A stretch of DNA of 64,000 bases from assembly GCA_951813575.1 (NCBI GenBank), contig OX638375.1, positions 3,882,752-3,946,751 on the forward strand. Direction: 5' to 3'. Position 1 is the first letter of the stretch. Each line of letters opens with the position of its first letter. Source of the stretch: Candidatus Binatia bacterium. GTDB taxonomy: Bacteria; Desulfobacterota; Binatia; UBA9968; JAJDTQ01. Both the position numbers and the translations under genes were made by a program. The notes under the pieces are model-generated. The model ran no database searches, was not told the DNA's origin, and saw only the letters and a program-made list of their open reading frames with translations. Below are positions 1 to 9,715 of the stretch, in pieces.

Positions 1-827
1 TCCTCCCACAGGAAGGAGTAGCCGGACCCGGTGAGCATGATGATGTGGGCGCCGGCGCCGTGGCGGTGGGCCTTCTTGTACTTGCCCACGGGGAACTCCG
101 AGAGGTGTGCGCTCATGGTGTTGTCGACGAACTCGAACAGCGTGGTGCGGTTGCCGCCGCCGCGTTCCTTGTAGTCCTTGGGCGAGAACTGCCACAGGTC
201 CGCGATGAAGTTGGACTCCCACACCCGGCCCTTCTTCACCCCCTCGAGGTAGCGGCCGGGCTGGCCCCATTGGTTGGCGTCGCCCTGGTAGCGGTCGCCG
301 AAGGTAAAGGCGTTGTTGAAGATGTAGTCCAGGTTCCGGTAGCGGTTGATGATCACGGTGGCGTCGGTCAGGGAGATCATCCGCACCGGCTCCCGTCCCT
401 GGGCGTTGAAGTGCTGGAACCAGGTGTTGAGCGGGACGGAGAAGAGGCTTCCCTTCTGCCATTCCAGGGTGTGCTTTCGGCCGCCCTCGTTCCACAGGGT
501 GGTGGCGCCCTGGCCGGACAGGATGAACACGGCTTCCTCGAACAGGTGCCGTTGCGGCCGCAGTTCCCCGCCGGGGGCGATCTCCTGGATCACCGTGTCG
601 CAGGTGCCGCCGGCGCCGTCGAGGTTGACGAAGGCGCCCTTGCCGCCGGTGCGGGCCCAGTCGCCCAGCTCCAGCTCCAGCAGGTCGTCGACGATGAACC
701 CCTTGTACACCGGGATTCCCTCCCACTGCTGGTAGATCTCGTAGGGGCTGACGGGTGCGAAGGCGGAGGCTTCGTTGAGGTTCCGTTCCGATCCGTTGGC
801 GGTCTCGACAGTGGCTGGTTTGCTCAT
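1..827 (-). CDS. Bicupin dioxygenase-like protein (gentisate 1,2-dioxygenase family), partial; C-terminus lies beyond the window start
   Basis: My own translation of the minus strand: ATG at 825-827 (complement), AGGAGT RBS 7 nt upstream, product MSKPATVETANGSERNL...HRHGAGAHIIMLTGSGYSFLWE. Two cupin-like halves; resembles the neighbouring GDO-like genes. The plus-strand ORF 45-842 is a GC shadow ORF. Confidence 0.6.
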   Translation of the reverse strand, partial: MSKPATVETANGSERNLNEASAFAPVSPYEIYQQWEGIPVYKGFIVDDLLELELGDWARTGGKGAFVNLDGAGGTCDTVIQEIAPGGELRPQRHLFEEAVFILSGQGATTLWNEGGRKHTLEWQKGSLFSVPLNTWFQHFNAQGREPVRMISLTDATVIINRYRNLDYIFNNAFTFGDRYQGDANQWGQPGRYLEGVKKGRVWESNFIADLWQFSPKDYKERGGGNRTTLFEFVDNTMSAHLSEFPVGKYKKAHRHGAGAHIIMLTGSGYSFLWE

Positions 828-838
828 GGTAATGACTC

Positions 839-1858
839 CTAGCGGCGCTCCTCCCGGTAGAGCCCGAAGGCCTCCTTCACCGGGCGGTCGTTGACCGAGA
901 ATAATAGGGCCTCGTCCTTGTGTCCGTTCTCGTGCCGGTGCCAGGACCACAGGGGCACGGTGAAGAAGTCGCCCTGGCTCCATTCGATGCGTTGGTCGTC
1001 GACGATGGTGGCGCCGCTGCCCCGGAACACGTGGTAGATGGTCGTGCTGGTGTGGCGGTGCGGACGTGTCTCCTCGCCGGGCCGGATCATCTGGATCTCG
1101 CAGCCGATGGTCCGCAGCGTGAAGCCGCCGTTCCGGGGGTTGACGTAGCGCAGCAGCACCCCGTCGCACTCGTCTCCCGGGCTCGACGCCAGCGCCTTGA
1201 GGGACTCGTAGGTGGTCTCCCAGGGGTAGCGGAAGGGCGGGTCCGGGAAGTCCGAGAGCTGCTCCGGCGGCCGCGCCCAGCCGAACTGGTGCAGGCTGAA
1301 GTCGGGCATGGCCTCTACCGGTTGCTGTTTCTGGCTGAAGGGCTCCACCGCCATGACCTCCAGGGCCTTGAGCAGGGGGCCGTCGTGGCCGTCCACCCAG
1401 ACGATGTTCTCGCCGGTGCCGTTGTAGTGATCGTGCCAGGTCCACTGGGGCGTGAGGATCAGGTCGCCGGGGTACATGGTGAACCGCTCGCCTTCCACGG
1501 TGGTGAAGGCGCCGCCCCCTTTGATGACGAAGCGCAGCGCGGTCAGGGTATGGCGGTGGGCCTTGGCGATCTCTCCGGGTTTGACCAGTTGGACGGAGGT
1601 GTGCACGGTGTTGGTGGCGCCGGTGACGCCCGGCACGCCGGGATTGAGGAGGCGGATGGTCCGCCGCTCGGACTGCTCCAGGCTGACCAGCTCTCCGGCT
1701 TCCAGCAACCCGTTGTAGATGTGGTTCCACTTCCACAGGTAGGGGACGACGGTGGTCCTGGGCTCGATGACGTCGCCGTCGTTGCCGGTGATGTTGGATG
1801 CCCAGAAACCCGCCAATTGCTTGGTGGCCAGGTCCTTGTTGAGTTCGTCGAGGCTCAT
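839..1858 (-). CDS. Gentisate 1,2-dioxygenase-like bicupin ring-cleavage dioxygenase
   Basis: 339-aa ORF. Two cupin motifs with His triads (HRHTLTALRFVIKGGG... and HRHTSTTIYHVFRGSG...), typical of the GDO / 1-hydroxy-2-naphthoate dioxygenase family. GGGGAGA RBS before the start. Confidence 0.8.
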   Translation of the reverse strand: MSLDELNKDLATKQLAGFWASNITGNDGDVIEPRTTVVPYLWKWNHIYNGLLEAGELVSLEQSERRTIRLLNPGVPGVTGATNTVHTSVQLVKPGEIAKAHRHTLTALRFVIKGGGAFTTVEGERFTMYPGDLILTPQWTWHDHYNGTGENIVWVDGHDGPLLKALEVMAVEPFSQKQQPVEAMPDFSLHQFGWARPPEQLSDFPDPPFRYPWETTYESLKALASSPGDECDGVLLRYVNPRNGGFTLRTIGCEIQMIRPGEETRPHRHTSTTIYHVFRGSGATIVDDQRIEWSQGDFFTVPLWSWHRHENGHKDEALLFSVNDRPVKEAFGLYREERR

Positions 1859-1871
1859 GTTCGTCTCCCCG

Positions 1872-2579
1872 TCAGCCTTCGATGCGCCGCATGGCGTAGG
1901 CCAGTCCGCCGCGGTAGGCGCGGTCGATGACCATGCACTGCCTGGCGGCCCGAAGCACCGTGTCGTAGTCCTCCTGGGTGAGCACGTGCTTGTCGTAGAC
2001 GCCGTCCATCATGTCCGAGTGCTCGGTGTCCGCGGTGGAGTGCACGTTCAGCGAGATCATCCGTTTGAGGCTGATGCCCAGCTCGTTCTCGAACTTCTTG
2101 CCGATGCGGTAGGACATGCCGCCGTCCTTGACGATGTCGGGGTTGTTGCGGCGCTCGAGCATCTGGGAGGACGTGAACGAGGCCAGCCACGGGCCCTTGA
2201 CGGCGATGTGGTGCCAGGCAAGGAAGGCCGCCTGGGCCATGGGCGGCAGCTCCGCCTTGTCGAAGTCCTCGCGCTCCAGTCCGATGACCTCGCCCTGCTT
2301 CACCGTGAGGGAGTAGTGGTCCATGCCCGCCCGGGGGTCGTTGATCAGCTCGTCGCTCTCGTGCTGCCACACCAGCGCCTTGACGTCGAGGGGCGAGGCG
2401 GCCTGCACGTAGCCCCAGCAGTCCCGCCGGTTCCGGGTGTAGAGGGCGTTCTGCAACACGTAGTAGCGCCCGCGCTCCATGGTCCAGGGCAGCGTCAGCA
2501 GGTCCTGGAACTCGTCGGTCGCGTACTGGCGGTTGCACATCTCGTTCAGAGTGCTTTTGAGCTTCGCGATATCGGGCAT
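1872..2579 (-). CDS. Heme-oxygenase-like iron-containing redox enzyme family protein (TenA/PqqC/CADD superfamily)
   Basis: ORF 1872-2627. Start moved to the internal ATG at 2579, which has an AGGAGT RBS 8 nt upstream (MPDIAKLK...). Conserved RRDCWG...LVWQHESDEL...H...E motifs shared with the paralog at 2663-3391 and with 36200-36883. Confidence 0.65.
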   Translation of the reverse strand: MPDIAKLKSTLNEMCNRQYATDEFQDLLTLPWTMERGRYYVLQNALYTRNRRDCWGYVQAASPLDVKALVWQHESDELINDPRAGMDHYSLTVKQGEVIGLEREDFDKAELPPMAQAAFLAWHHIAVKGPWLASFTSSQMLERRNNPDIVKDGGMSYRIGKKFENELGISLKRMISLNVHSTADTEHSDMMDGVYDKHVLTQEDYDTVLRAARQCMVIDRAYRGGLAYAMRRIEG

Positions 2580-2662
2580 GTCGTCGGACTCCTGTGGGGC
2601 GCCGGCCGCCGGTTCGATGTCCCACATGGAGGTTTGCCAGTGTGGGACACGCCGCCGGCGAT

Positions 2663-3391
2663 TCAGTCGAGCGCTTCCATCATGTTGGCGAGCTGCTCGC
2701 GGTAGGCCCGGTCGATCGTGAGACTCTCACGGGCGCCCCGAAGGAGCGCCTGCCGCTCATCCTCGGTGTGGCAGTGTTCCCGCGCCACCGCAAGCAGCAA
2801 CTGGCCGTGCTCCACGTCGGCGGTGACGTGCTCGGCATTGTTGATCTGTCGTTTCAACGGAATCCCCAGGTCCCGTTCGAGGTTCTTGCCGACGCGGTAC
2901 GACAGCGAGCCGCCGCGCACGAGGTCGTCGGAGTTGCGCATCTCCAGCACCGCCGACGCCGCGATGGCCTCCCGCCACGGGCGGTCCTTGGCCAGGTGGA
3001 TCCAGGCGTAGAAACAGGCCACGGCCGCGTCCAGCGGACGCACGCGCTCGTAGTCCTCGGGCGACAGGCCGAAGATCCTGCCTTCCTGCACGGCCAGGGT
3101 GATGTGGTCCACCTTGCCCGCGGCCTTGTCTCCCATGAGCTCCTCGCCCTCGTGCTCCCAGACGAGCCGCTTGACGCTCAACGGCGCCGCCCCGGCCACG
3201 AACCCCCAGCAGTCCCGCCGGTTGGCGACGTAGTGCTTCATCTGGATGGAGAGGGCCTGGGCGCGGGCCTGCGTGAAGTGGAGATCCAGCAGCCGGCGAA
3301 AGGGCGGGGTCTCGAACTGCCGGTTCACCAGCTCCACCAGCTCGTGCCAGACGCTCTCCACGCCGTTCCGTTCCGCGCCGTGCGTTTCCAT
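2663..3391 (-). CDS. Heme-oxygenase-like iron-containing redox enzyme family protein (paralog)
   Basis: 242 aa. NRRDCWGFVAGAAP...LVWEHEGEEL...HVTADVEHG. Tandem paralog of 1872-2579. Lies 18 bp downstream of the tctC-like gene. Confidence 0.65.
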   Translation of the reverse strand: METHGAERNGVESVWHELVELVNRQFETPPFRRLLDLHFTQARAQALSIQMKHYVANRRDCWGFVAGAAPLSVKRLVWEHEGEELMGDKAAGKVDHITLAVQEGRIFGLSPEDYERVRPLDAAVACFYAWIHLAKDRPWREAIAASAVLEMRNSDDLVRGGSLSYRVGKNLERDLGIPLKRQINNAEHVTADVEHGQLLLAVAREHCHTEDERQALLRGARESLTIDRAYREQLANMMEALD

Positions 3392-3409
3392 GCTCTTCCC
3401 CGGGAGCCG

Positions 3410-4450
3410 CTACTTTGCCCCGACCAACTGCTCGAGCCGCGCCTTGGCCCCCGGCCCGATGGAAAAGACCTGCTTCACCAGGCCCAGGATCTCGGCGCCC
3501 GACAGGTACGATATCTCGATGCCGATCTTCTTGGACGCGGCCTTGAACTCCGGGTCGTCCAGGGTGTTCTTGAAGGCGGTCTGGAGCGCCTCCAGCCGAT
3601 CCTTCGGGATGCCCGGCGGCGTCACGTAGGCGCGGAAGAGCTTGTACGGCGCCAGCCACGCCTCGTAGGCCGCGCGCTCGTCGTCGTTCTTGATGTGGTC
3701 GGCGAACAGCGGCAGGTTCTTGAGCACGGGCTCTTCCTTGTCGCCGGTGGTGAGGAAGGGAATCAGCCGGTCGCCTTCCTTGCCTTTGAGCATTTCCGTG
3801 GCCTGGATCCGCACCGACTCCCACGAAGAGCAGTACCCGTCCACCTCCTTGCGTCCCACCGCCGCGCGGATCTGCGCCGTGCCGTTGTATCCCCTGACGA
3901 CGTTGATCTTGCCGCCCACGAAGTCCCGCAGGATCAGCGGGGTGTCGCGGGTGAGGGTGCCCGCCGATCCGAAGTTGACGGGCTTCGGGGCGTTCAGGAT
4001 CCCCTTGAGGTCGGTGACCCCGGTGCGCGACATCACCATGCACGTGGGCGTGGCCTTGCCGGCGCTCCCCAGCCAGCCGAACTTGGCATTGTCGAACCGG
4101 ATGCCTTTCTCGCCGAGCACCTGCTTCATCACCAGCCCGCTGTTGGTCGCCCCGATCACCGAGCCGTCGCGTTTGGCGACGTTGTAGAGGTAGTTCATGG
4201 CGATGGCAAAGCCGGCGCCGGGCATGTTCTGGACGATGATCTTCGGGTTGCCCGGAATGTGTTGGGTGAGAGTGCGGGCGATGGTGCGGGCGTAGGTGTC
4301 GAAGCCTCCTCCCGGAGACGAGCCCAGGATGAACCGCAGGGTCTTGCCCTTGTAGAACTCCGCCACGTCGGCCCATGCGGTGGCCGGAACGGCCACGCAG
4401 AGGAGCAACGAGAATGCGGCAGCAAATCGGTACGGATGTCTCATCGGCAT
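3410..4450 (-). CDS. TctC/Bug-family periplasmic substrate-binding protein (tripartite tricarboxylate transporter receptor)
   Basis: 346 aa. N-terminal signal peptide (AAFSLLLCVAVPATAWA). Typical Bug-family length and motifs (GGGFDTYAR, QNMPGAG). Confidence 0.8.
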   Translation of the reverse strand: MPMRHPYRFAAAFSLLLCVAVPATAWADVAEFYKGKTLRFILGSSPGGGFDTYARTIARTLTQHIPGNPKIIVQNMPGAGFAIAMNYLYNVAKRDGSVIGATNSGLVMKQVLGEKGIRFDNAKFGWLGSAGKATPTCMVMSRTGVTDLKGILNAPKPVNFGSAGTLTRDTPLILRDFVGGKINVVRGYNGTAQIRAAVGRKEVDGYCSSWESVRIQATEMLKGKEGDRLIPFLTTGDKEEPVLKNLPLFADHIKNDDERAAYEAWLAPYKLFRAYVTPPGIPKDRLEALQTAFKNTLDDPEFKAASKKIGIEISYLSGAEILGLVKQVFSIGPGAKARLEQLVGAK

Positions 4451-4537
4451 CTCCTTCTATGTCGCCGGGTACGCGGCGGTGAACCCGTCACGCCCGCTCC
4501 CCTGGTGTCCTTTACCACGTAGTGCCCGTCGCCCGTG

Positions 4538-5986
4538 TCACAACCGGTCCGCCCATTTCGCACGGACCTTGGCCTTGTATTCGGCGCTGACGCCGGAAAT
4601 GCCTGGGAAGTCGTCCTTCCAGGCGTAGGGCCGGCAGGCGTCCACCACCATGCAGCCCGTGGTCAGCTCCCGGCGTTGCTTGTCCTCGGGCGAAAGCCGC
4701 GGGTTGAGGATGCTGGCGGCCACGTCGAGGATCTCCGAGTCGCTCCTGGGGTCCCAGCGGGTGGACATGGCCCAGAGCACCTCGCCCACGTTGGTGATGT
4801 CCACGTCCTCGTCCACCACGATGACCATGCGCACGTCCCGGCCGCCGTCGCGGGTGGCGAGGACGCCGTATCCCGCCTGCTTGGCGTGGCCCGAGTAACG
4901 CTGTCTGACCGCCACGGTCACCACGAAGCGCCCCTGCTTCGGGAACCATACGCCCTGGACGTCCGGGATACCGGCCCGCTCCATGGCCGACCAGATGTTG
5001 GCGGAGCGGATGTACTTGTGGGTCTCGCTGTTGAGGAAGGTCCTGAGAGGCGGATCGCCGGTGATAATGGGATCGTCGCGGTGGTACACGGCTTCCACCT
5101 TCACCACCGGAGCCTGCCGGGAACCGGACGCGTAGTACCCGGGCCACTCACCGAACGGCCCCTCCTCGTGGGTCTCCTGTTCGGGGGGCGGTATATGGCC
5201 CTCCAGGACGATGTCCGCGAAGGCGGGTACGGGCAGCCCGGTCTTTTGTGCCTTGATGACCGGGACCGGGGTCTCCAGGAGCCCGCCCAGGAAGTCGTAC
5301 TCGCTCATGTTCCAGGGGATGCCCACGGCGCTCGCGGTCATCATGCCCGGGGGCAGGCCGCAGACGATGGCCACCGGGCAGCTCTCGCCCCGGGCCCAGT
5401 ACTTCCGGGTGATCAGGTCGCCATGCTTCCCCGGGATCATCCACACGCCCACGGTGTTCTCGTCGTGGACCTGGACGCGGTAGGTGCCGACGTTGACGTA
5501 GCCGGTATCGGGATCGCGGCAGACCGTGGCGGTGAACGTGCCGATGTAGCGGCCGCCGTCATCCGCGTGCCATTTGGGCGTGGGGAACTTGAGCACGTTG
5601 ACGTCGCCGTCGAAGGCGACGTTCTCCAAAAGCGGCGATTCGCCGATCTCGGTCGGGGGGATGGGCTTCAGATCCTGGAGCCGCCCCTTGACGGCCTGGA
5701 CCACCTCCAGACCGCGGACGTCCGGCGGCATGCCCAGGGCCAGGGCGTCGGACTCGGGCGACCGGAGGACGTTGCTGAGCACGCGGTAGCCTTCCGGGTG
5801 ATCCGGAACGGCGTCGAAGAGCAGCGCCGAGCCCTCGCCGGATTCGGCCGCGATCTCGGTGAGGGCGCCGATCTCCAGGTCCCAGTGGGCGTCGCGGATC
5901 TCCTTGAGCTTTCCCGCCTGCCTGAGCCGGTGGATGAAAGTCCGCAGGTTCAGGGCCGCTTCAACGTCCCGTGGCTCGCTCGTCAT
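4538..5986 (-). CDS. UbiD-family (prFMN-dependent) aromatic acid decarboxylase
   Basis: ~480 aa. UbiD-like sequence throughout (…KFPTPKWHADDGGRYIGT…GIPWNMSEYDFLGGL…). Start taken at ATG 5984-5986 (MTSEPRD). Confidence 0.8.
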   Translation of the reverse strand: MTSEPRDVEAALNLRTFIHRLRQAGKLKEIRDAHWDLEIGALTEIAAESGEGSALLFDAVPDHPEGYRVLSNVLRSPESDALALGMPPDVRGLEVVQAVKGRLQDLKPIPPTEIGESPLLENVAFDGDVNVLKFPTPKWHADDGGRYIGTFTATVCRDPDTGYVNVGTYRVQVHDENTVGVWMIPGKHGDLITRKYWARGESCPVAIVCGLPPGMMTASAVGIPWNMSEYDFLGGLLETPVPVIKAQKTGLPVPAFADIVLEGHIPPPEQETHEEGPFGEWPGYYASGSRQAPVVKVEAVYHRDDPIITGDPPLRTFLNSETHKYIRSANIWSAMERAGIPDVQGVWFPKQGRFVVTVAVRQRYSGHAKQAGYGVLATRDGGRDVRMVIVVDEDVDITNVGEVLWAMSTRWDPRSDSEILDVAASILNPRLSPEDKQRRELTTGCMVVDACRPYAWKDDFPGISGVSAEYKAKVRAKWADRL

Positions 5987-6202
5987 GCATCCATCTCCAT
6001 GGGATGTTGGATCCGAGGGTCGGTCCGCAACCATCCATAGGCCCTATAGGCCCACCGCGGGCGGCTGTCAACCTGGACATCCGCGCCCATTTTGTCTAAG
6101 CGTGTAGGGGCGGGTTTCGGACCCGCCCGCGCCCGGTCACGACCGACACCGCCACCGACCGGGGCCGGGACACAGCCATTCACAGGAGGTCGAGAAGCAG
6201 AC

Positions 6203-6799
6203 ATGGCACAGATCACCGACCCGTTGCGACAACACGATTGGAACTCCGAGGAATACGTCGAGGACTGGGCGCAGCGCCAGATGCGCAACGAGACCTTGCG
6301 CGCCCGTCAGTTCGCGCTCATGGCCAGCCTGGTGCCTTTCGAGAACGAGGCCGCCTTCCGGTTCATGGATGTCGGATGCGGTTACGGGGCGCTGAGCAAA
6401 TACCTGCTGGAGACGTTTCCCCGCGCCACCGCCGTGTGCCACGACGGCTCGGCGGCCATGGCGAAGCTGGGCGGCGAACGCATGAAGGAGCTCCAGGGGC
6501 GGTTCGAGTACGTGATCTCGGACTTCAGCAAGAAGGACTGGAGCCGGGTGGCCGGCGGCGAGTTCGATGTCGTGGTCTCCTGCAATGCCATCCACAACGT
6601 CCGGGTCGGAGAGACCATCAAGGCCGTCTACGGGGAGATCTTCGGGCGGGTCCGGTCCGGCGGCCGGTTCTTCAACCTCGACCGCGGCTCGGCAACGATG
6701 GAAGACCAGCTCGCCTGGTTCAAGAGCGCCGGGTTCCAGGACGTGACGTGCCACCAGAAGAGTTCCGGACTCTCCCTCTACGGCGGTTCCAAGCCCTGA
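6203..6799 (+). CDS. Class I SAM-dependent methyltransferase
   Basis: AGGAGGT RBS at 6185-6191. Motif I FMDVGCGYGALS. ~198 aa. Confidence 0.7.
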   Translation: MAQITDPLRQHDWNSEEYVEDWAQRQMRNETLRARQFALMASLVPFENEAAFRFMDVGCGYGALSKYLLETFPRATAVCHDGSAAMAKLGGERMKELQGRFEYVISDFSKKDWSRVAGGEFDVVVSCNAIHNVRVGETIKAVYGEIFGRVRSGGRFFNLDRGSATMEDQLAWFKSAGFQDVTCHQKSSGLSLYGGSKP

Positions 6800-6827
6800 C
6801 CCTTCCCGGACACTAGGATCCTCCTCG

Positions 6828-8027
6828 ATGACGGGTCCACGGGCCGGCAGCCTCGTATTGCTGTACAGCACCGTCCTGCTCATGAGCCTGGGGCAGGGCA
6901 TGGTGTTTCCCACCATCCCGCTGCTGGCGTCATCCTTCGCGGTCTCCGCCGGGCTCGCCGTGCAGGTGGTTACCGCCCATGCCCTGGGCCGCACCATCAT
7001 CCTGATCCCGGCGGGCCTGCTCCTCGACCGGTCCGGAGCCAAGGTCACCATGCTGGTGGGAAGCGCCCTGGTCCTGTGCGGCGCTTTCGTGACCGCCGTC
7101 ACCCCTTACTTCCTGTTGCTTTTTATCGGGCAGTTCCTCGCCGGCGTCGGCGATAGCGTCTGGACCATGGGCCGGGAGGTTTCCGGCGTCGAGATGGTGC
7201 CGCAGCATCAGCGGGGCCGTCTGCTGAGCGGTTTCATGGGGGTCAAGTCCGCCGGCATGGCCATCGGCCCGGTGGTGGGCGGGATCATCACCCAGTGGGT
7301 GGGTTTCCGGATGGTGTTTACGGTCTACGCGGCGGTTGCCTTGGCCGTGTTCGTGACTGCGCTGCTGGCCCGAAAAGACACGGTGCGGGCCAGAGTCGGC
7401 AAGCTCGCCTGGTGGGGAAGGGTCTCGGACGTCCTCCCGCACCTCCGTGCCACCTTCGTGGCAATTGTATTCGCCACCTTCAGCATGCAGATGTACCGCA
7501 CCACCCTGCAGGGCATGTTGCCGCTGTACGCCGGGGTGGAACTGGGCTACTCGGCGGCGCACGTGGGCGGCCTTTTCGGCGTGTCCGGCGTGTTCGTCCT
7601 GCTCATGATCCTGCCTGCCGGCTTCATCACGGACCGCGTCGGCCGCAAGTACTGCAGCGTCCCCAGCACCGCGCTGCCGGGCATCGCGTTCCTGGCCTTC
7701 CCGTTCGCCTCGACGATGCCGCAACTCGTGGCGATCATGCTGGTGATCGGCCTCGCCCAGGGCATGTCCCTGGGCGCCCTGGCGGTGTCCACCTACGACG
7801 TGATCCCGGCGGAGGCCCGGGGACGCCTTCAGGGGCTGCGCAGGACCGTGGGCGAGTCCGGCGCGGTGATGGGTCCGCTGGTGGGCGGTTGGCTCGTTGA
7901 TCTTGTCAGCGCCGGCAGGACGTTCCTCTTCTACGCTCCGATCCTGCTGGCGGCCGCCGCCGGGCTGGCGTTCGTGGCGAAGGAAACGCTGGTGAAGAAG
8001 TTTGACAACCATCCCGCAAGGCTTTAG
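6828..8027 (+). CDS. MFS transporter
   Basis: 399 aa with about 12 hydrophobic segments. MFS-like loop motif (LLDRSGAK, DRVGRKY). Confidence 0.75.
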   Translation: MTGPRAGSLVLLYSTVLLMSLGQGMVFPTIPLLASSFAVSAGLAVQVVTAHALGRTIILIPAGLLLDRSGAKVTMLVGSALVLCGAFVTAVTPYFLLLFIGQFLAGVGDSVWTMGREVSGVEMVPQHQRGRLLSGFMGVKSAGMAIGPVVGGIITQWVGFRMVFTVYAAVALAVFVTALLARKDTVRARVGKLAWWGRVSDVLPHLRATFVAIVFATFSMQMYRTTLQGMLPLYAGVELGYSAAHVGGLFGVSGVFVLLMILPAGFITDRVGRKYCSVPSTALPGIAFLAFPFASTMPQLVAIMLVIGLAQGMSLGALAVSTYDVIPAEARGRLQGLRRTVGESGAVMGPLVGGWLVDLVSAGRTFLFYAPILLAAAAGLAFVAKETLVKKFDNHPARL

Positions 8028-8080
8028 CGTGGTTGCCCCGGCGTAGCGGATGCCGGAACCTTTCAGACAGGAGGACTCCG

Positions 8081-8968
8081 ATGCACAAGGATACGATCGA
8101 TCCGAAGGTCTTCGACCTCTACGACGAGTACTGCCACAGCATGATGGACCGGCGTGAGTTTCTTCGCCGCGCCAGCGCCCTGGCCGTCGTCGGCGGGTCC
8201 GGGCTGCTGATGGCGCGGGCGCTGCTGCCGGACTACGCCGCGGCGCAGATGATTTCGTTCACCGACAAGCGCATCAAGGCGCGCTATGTCCAGTACGATT
8301 CGCCCGGCGGCAACTCCGGCAGGATGCGGGGTTACCTGGTCCAGCCGGCCGGTCCGGGTCCGTTTCCCGCCGTCCTCGTCATTCACGAGAACCGCGGCCT
8401 CAACCCGCATATCGAAGATGTCGCCCGGCGCGCCGCGGTGGAAGGGTTCCTCGCCCTGGCGCCGGACGGTCTGGCGCCCATCGGCGGCTATCCCGGCAAC
8501 GACGACGACGGCAAGAAGATGCAGCGGAGCCTCGACAGGGGCAAGCTCCGCATCGATCTTCTCAACAGCGCCAGGTATCTCAAGGCCCACGCGCTGTCCA
8601 ACGGGAAGCTGGGGGCCACGGGCTTCTGCTTCGGCGGCGGGGTGGTGGGATTCCTCGCGGTCCGGATGGGAGGAGATCTGAACGCCGGCGTGCCGTTCTA
8701 CGGCTCCGCCCCGAAAGACGCGGCCGACGTCGCCAAAATCAAGGCGCCGCTGCTGATCCACTACGCGGAGAACGACCCGCGCATCAACAAGCAGGCTCCC
8801 GGCTTCATGGCGGCGCTGAAGGCCAACGGCGTACCGCACGAGGCGCATACCTACCCGGGCACGCGCCACGGCTTCCACAACAATTCGACGCCGCGCTACG
8901 ATGAAGCCGCCGCCAAGCTCGCGTGGGAGCGGACCGTCGCCTTCTTCAGGAAGCATCTGTCGTCGTAG
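8081..8968 (+). CDS. Dienelactone hydrolase family protein (Tat-signal, secreted)
   Basis: AGGAGG RBS at 8070-8075. Twin-arginine motif DRREFLRRAS. DLH fold motifs (GFCFGGG nucleophile elbow, HGF). Confidence 0.8.
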   Translation: MHKDTIDPKVFDLYDEYCHSMMDRREFLRRASALAVVGGSGLLMARALLPDYAAAQMISFTDKRIKARYVQYDSPGGNSGRMRGYLVQPAGPGPFPAVLVIHENRGLNPHIEDVARRAAVEGFLALAPDGLAPIGGYPGNDDDGKKMQRSLDRGKLRIDLLNSARYLKAHALSNGKLGATGFCFGGGVVGFLAVRMGGDLNAGVPFYGSAPKDAADVAKIKAPLLIHYAENDPRINKQAPGFMAALKANGVPHEAHTYPGTRHGFHNNSTPRYDEAAAKLAWERTVAFFRKHLSS

Positions 8969-8993
8969 AGCGGGCACCATTCCAACGGGAGGA

Positions 8994-9028
8994 CACCGGC
9001 GGCCCTTCGGCCGCCGGTGTGATTTTGT
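8994..9028 (+). terminator. Rho-independent terminator-like hairpin after the DLH gene
   Basis: CACCGGCGGCC-CTTC-GGCCGCCGGTG stem-loop followed by TGATTTTGT. Confidence 0.4.
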
Positions 9029-9052
9029 CAGCCGTCCGCGAATCGGGATGAA

Positions 9053-9481
9053 ATGACCGAGCCATGGCAATACCAGTTACGCCTCACCCTGGCGGATGAG
9101 TTCGCCGAGGGAGCCCGGTGCGGCGGCGGCAATCCGGCTATCGAGCCGCTCACCGAGTTGCTGGCCCGGCACAACGCGACGCTGAAGTGCCAGTACGATG
9201 CCTTCGCCGGCTATTGTGCCGAGGCCGAGCGACAGGGCGTCGACAAATACCCGCTCTACGCCTGGACCAGGGCCACCATCGAAGATCCGGCCAAGAAGGC
9301 GAAGTACATCAAGTCTTTCACGATTTACGTGGACGGAGACGAGGTCTACTCCAAGGCCAAGGCCGATGGACTGGAGGCGGATCTGCAACCTCTGGTTGGC
9401 GGCGGCGTGGTGACCGCCATGGCCAGGCACGACACCAATCCCGCGCACAACCCACAGCCGCCCAAACGTTATCGGTCGTGA
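9053..9481 (+). CDS. Hypothetical protein
   Basis: 142-aa ORF with normal high-GC codon usage. No family recognised. Confidence 0.4.
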   Translation: MTEPWQYQLRLTLADEFAEGARCGGGNPAIEPLTELLARHNATLKCQYDAFAGYCAEAERQGVDKYPLYAWTRATIEDPAKKAKYIKSFTIYVDGDEVYSKAKADGLEADLQPLVGGGVVTAMARHDTNPAHNPQPPKRYRS

Positions 9482-9715
9482 CCACCGTAATCGAGTCTGG
9501 GCGAGATCAAGATTTCCTAAGCGTTTTTTTGGACGAGTAATCGATTCTGTATTTGAAGCGCCGATGATATCGATCTGAGCGACTCCTTGTCGGTTCTCTG
9601 ATTGGTTCAGGTATGTACAAGGCATCGTCCAGCATTATTTGTAATCGTTTTCATATGGAGGTAACTTATTATAAGTCAGACTATACGGTTGTAACCGCCT
9701 TTGGATGAATAAAAC

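Noticed and set aside
2757-4376. Long antisense or alternate-frame ORFs typical of high-GC DNA (e.g. 2757-4376 minus, 2594-4522 plus, 6137-7102 minus, 6930-8012 minus, 12312-14705 minus, 14545-16083 minus, 16365-18485 minus, 19493-20644 minus, 24157-26208 plus, 40041-42299 minus, 42393-44810 minus, 46908-49049 minus, 53192-55516 minus, 59365-61569 minus)
   Set aside because: Arg/Gly/Ala/Pro-rich low-complexity translations with no recognisable domains. Each overlaps a well-supported gene with clear family signatures on the other strand or frame. GC-driven shadow ORFs.
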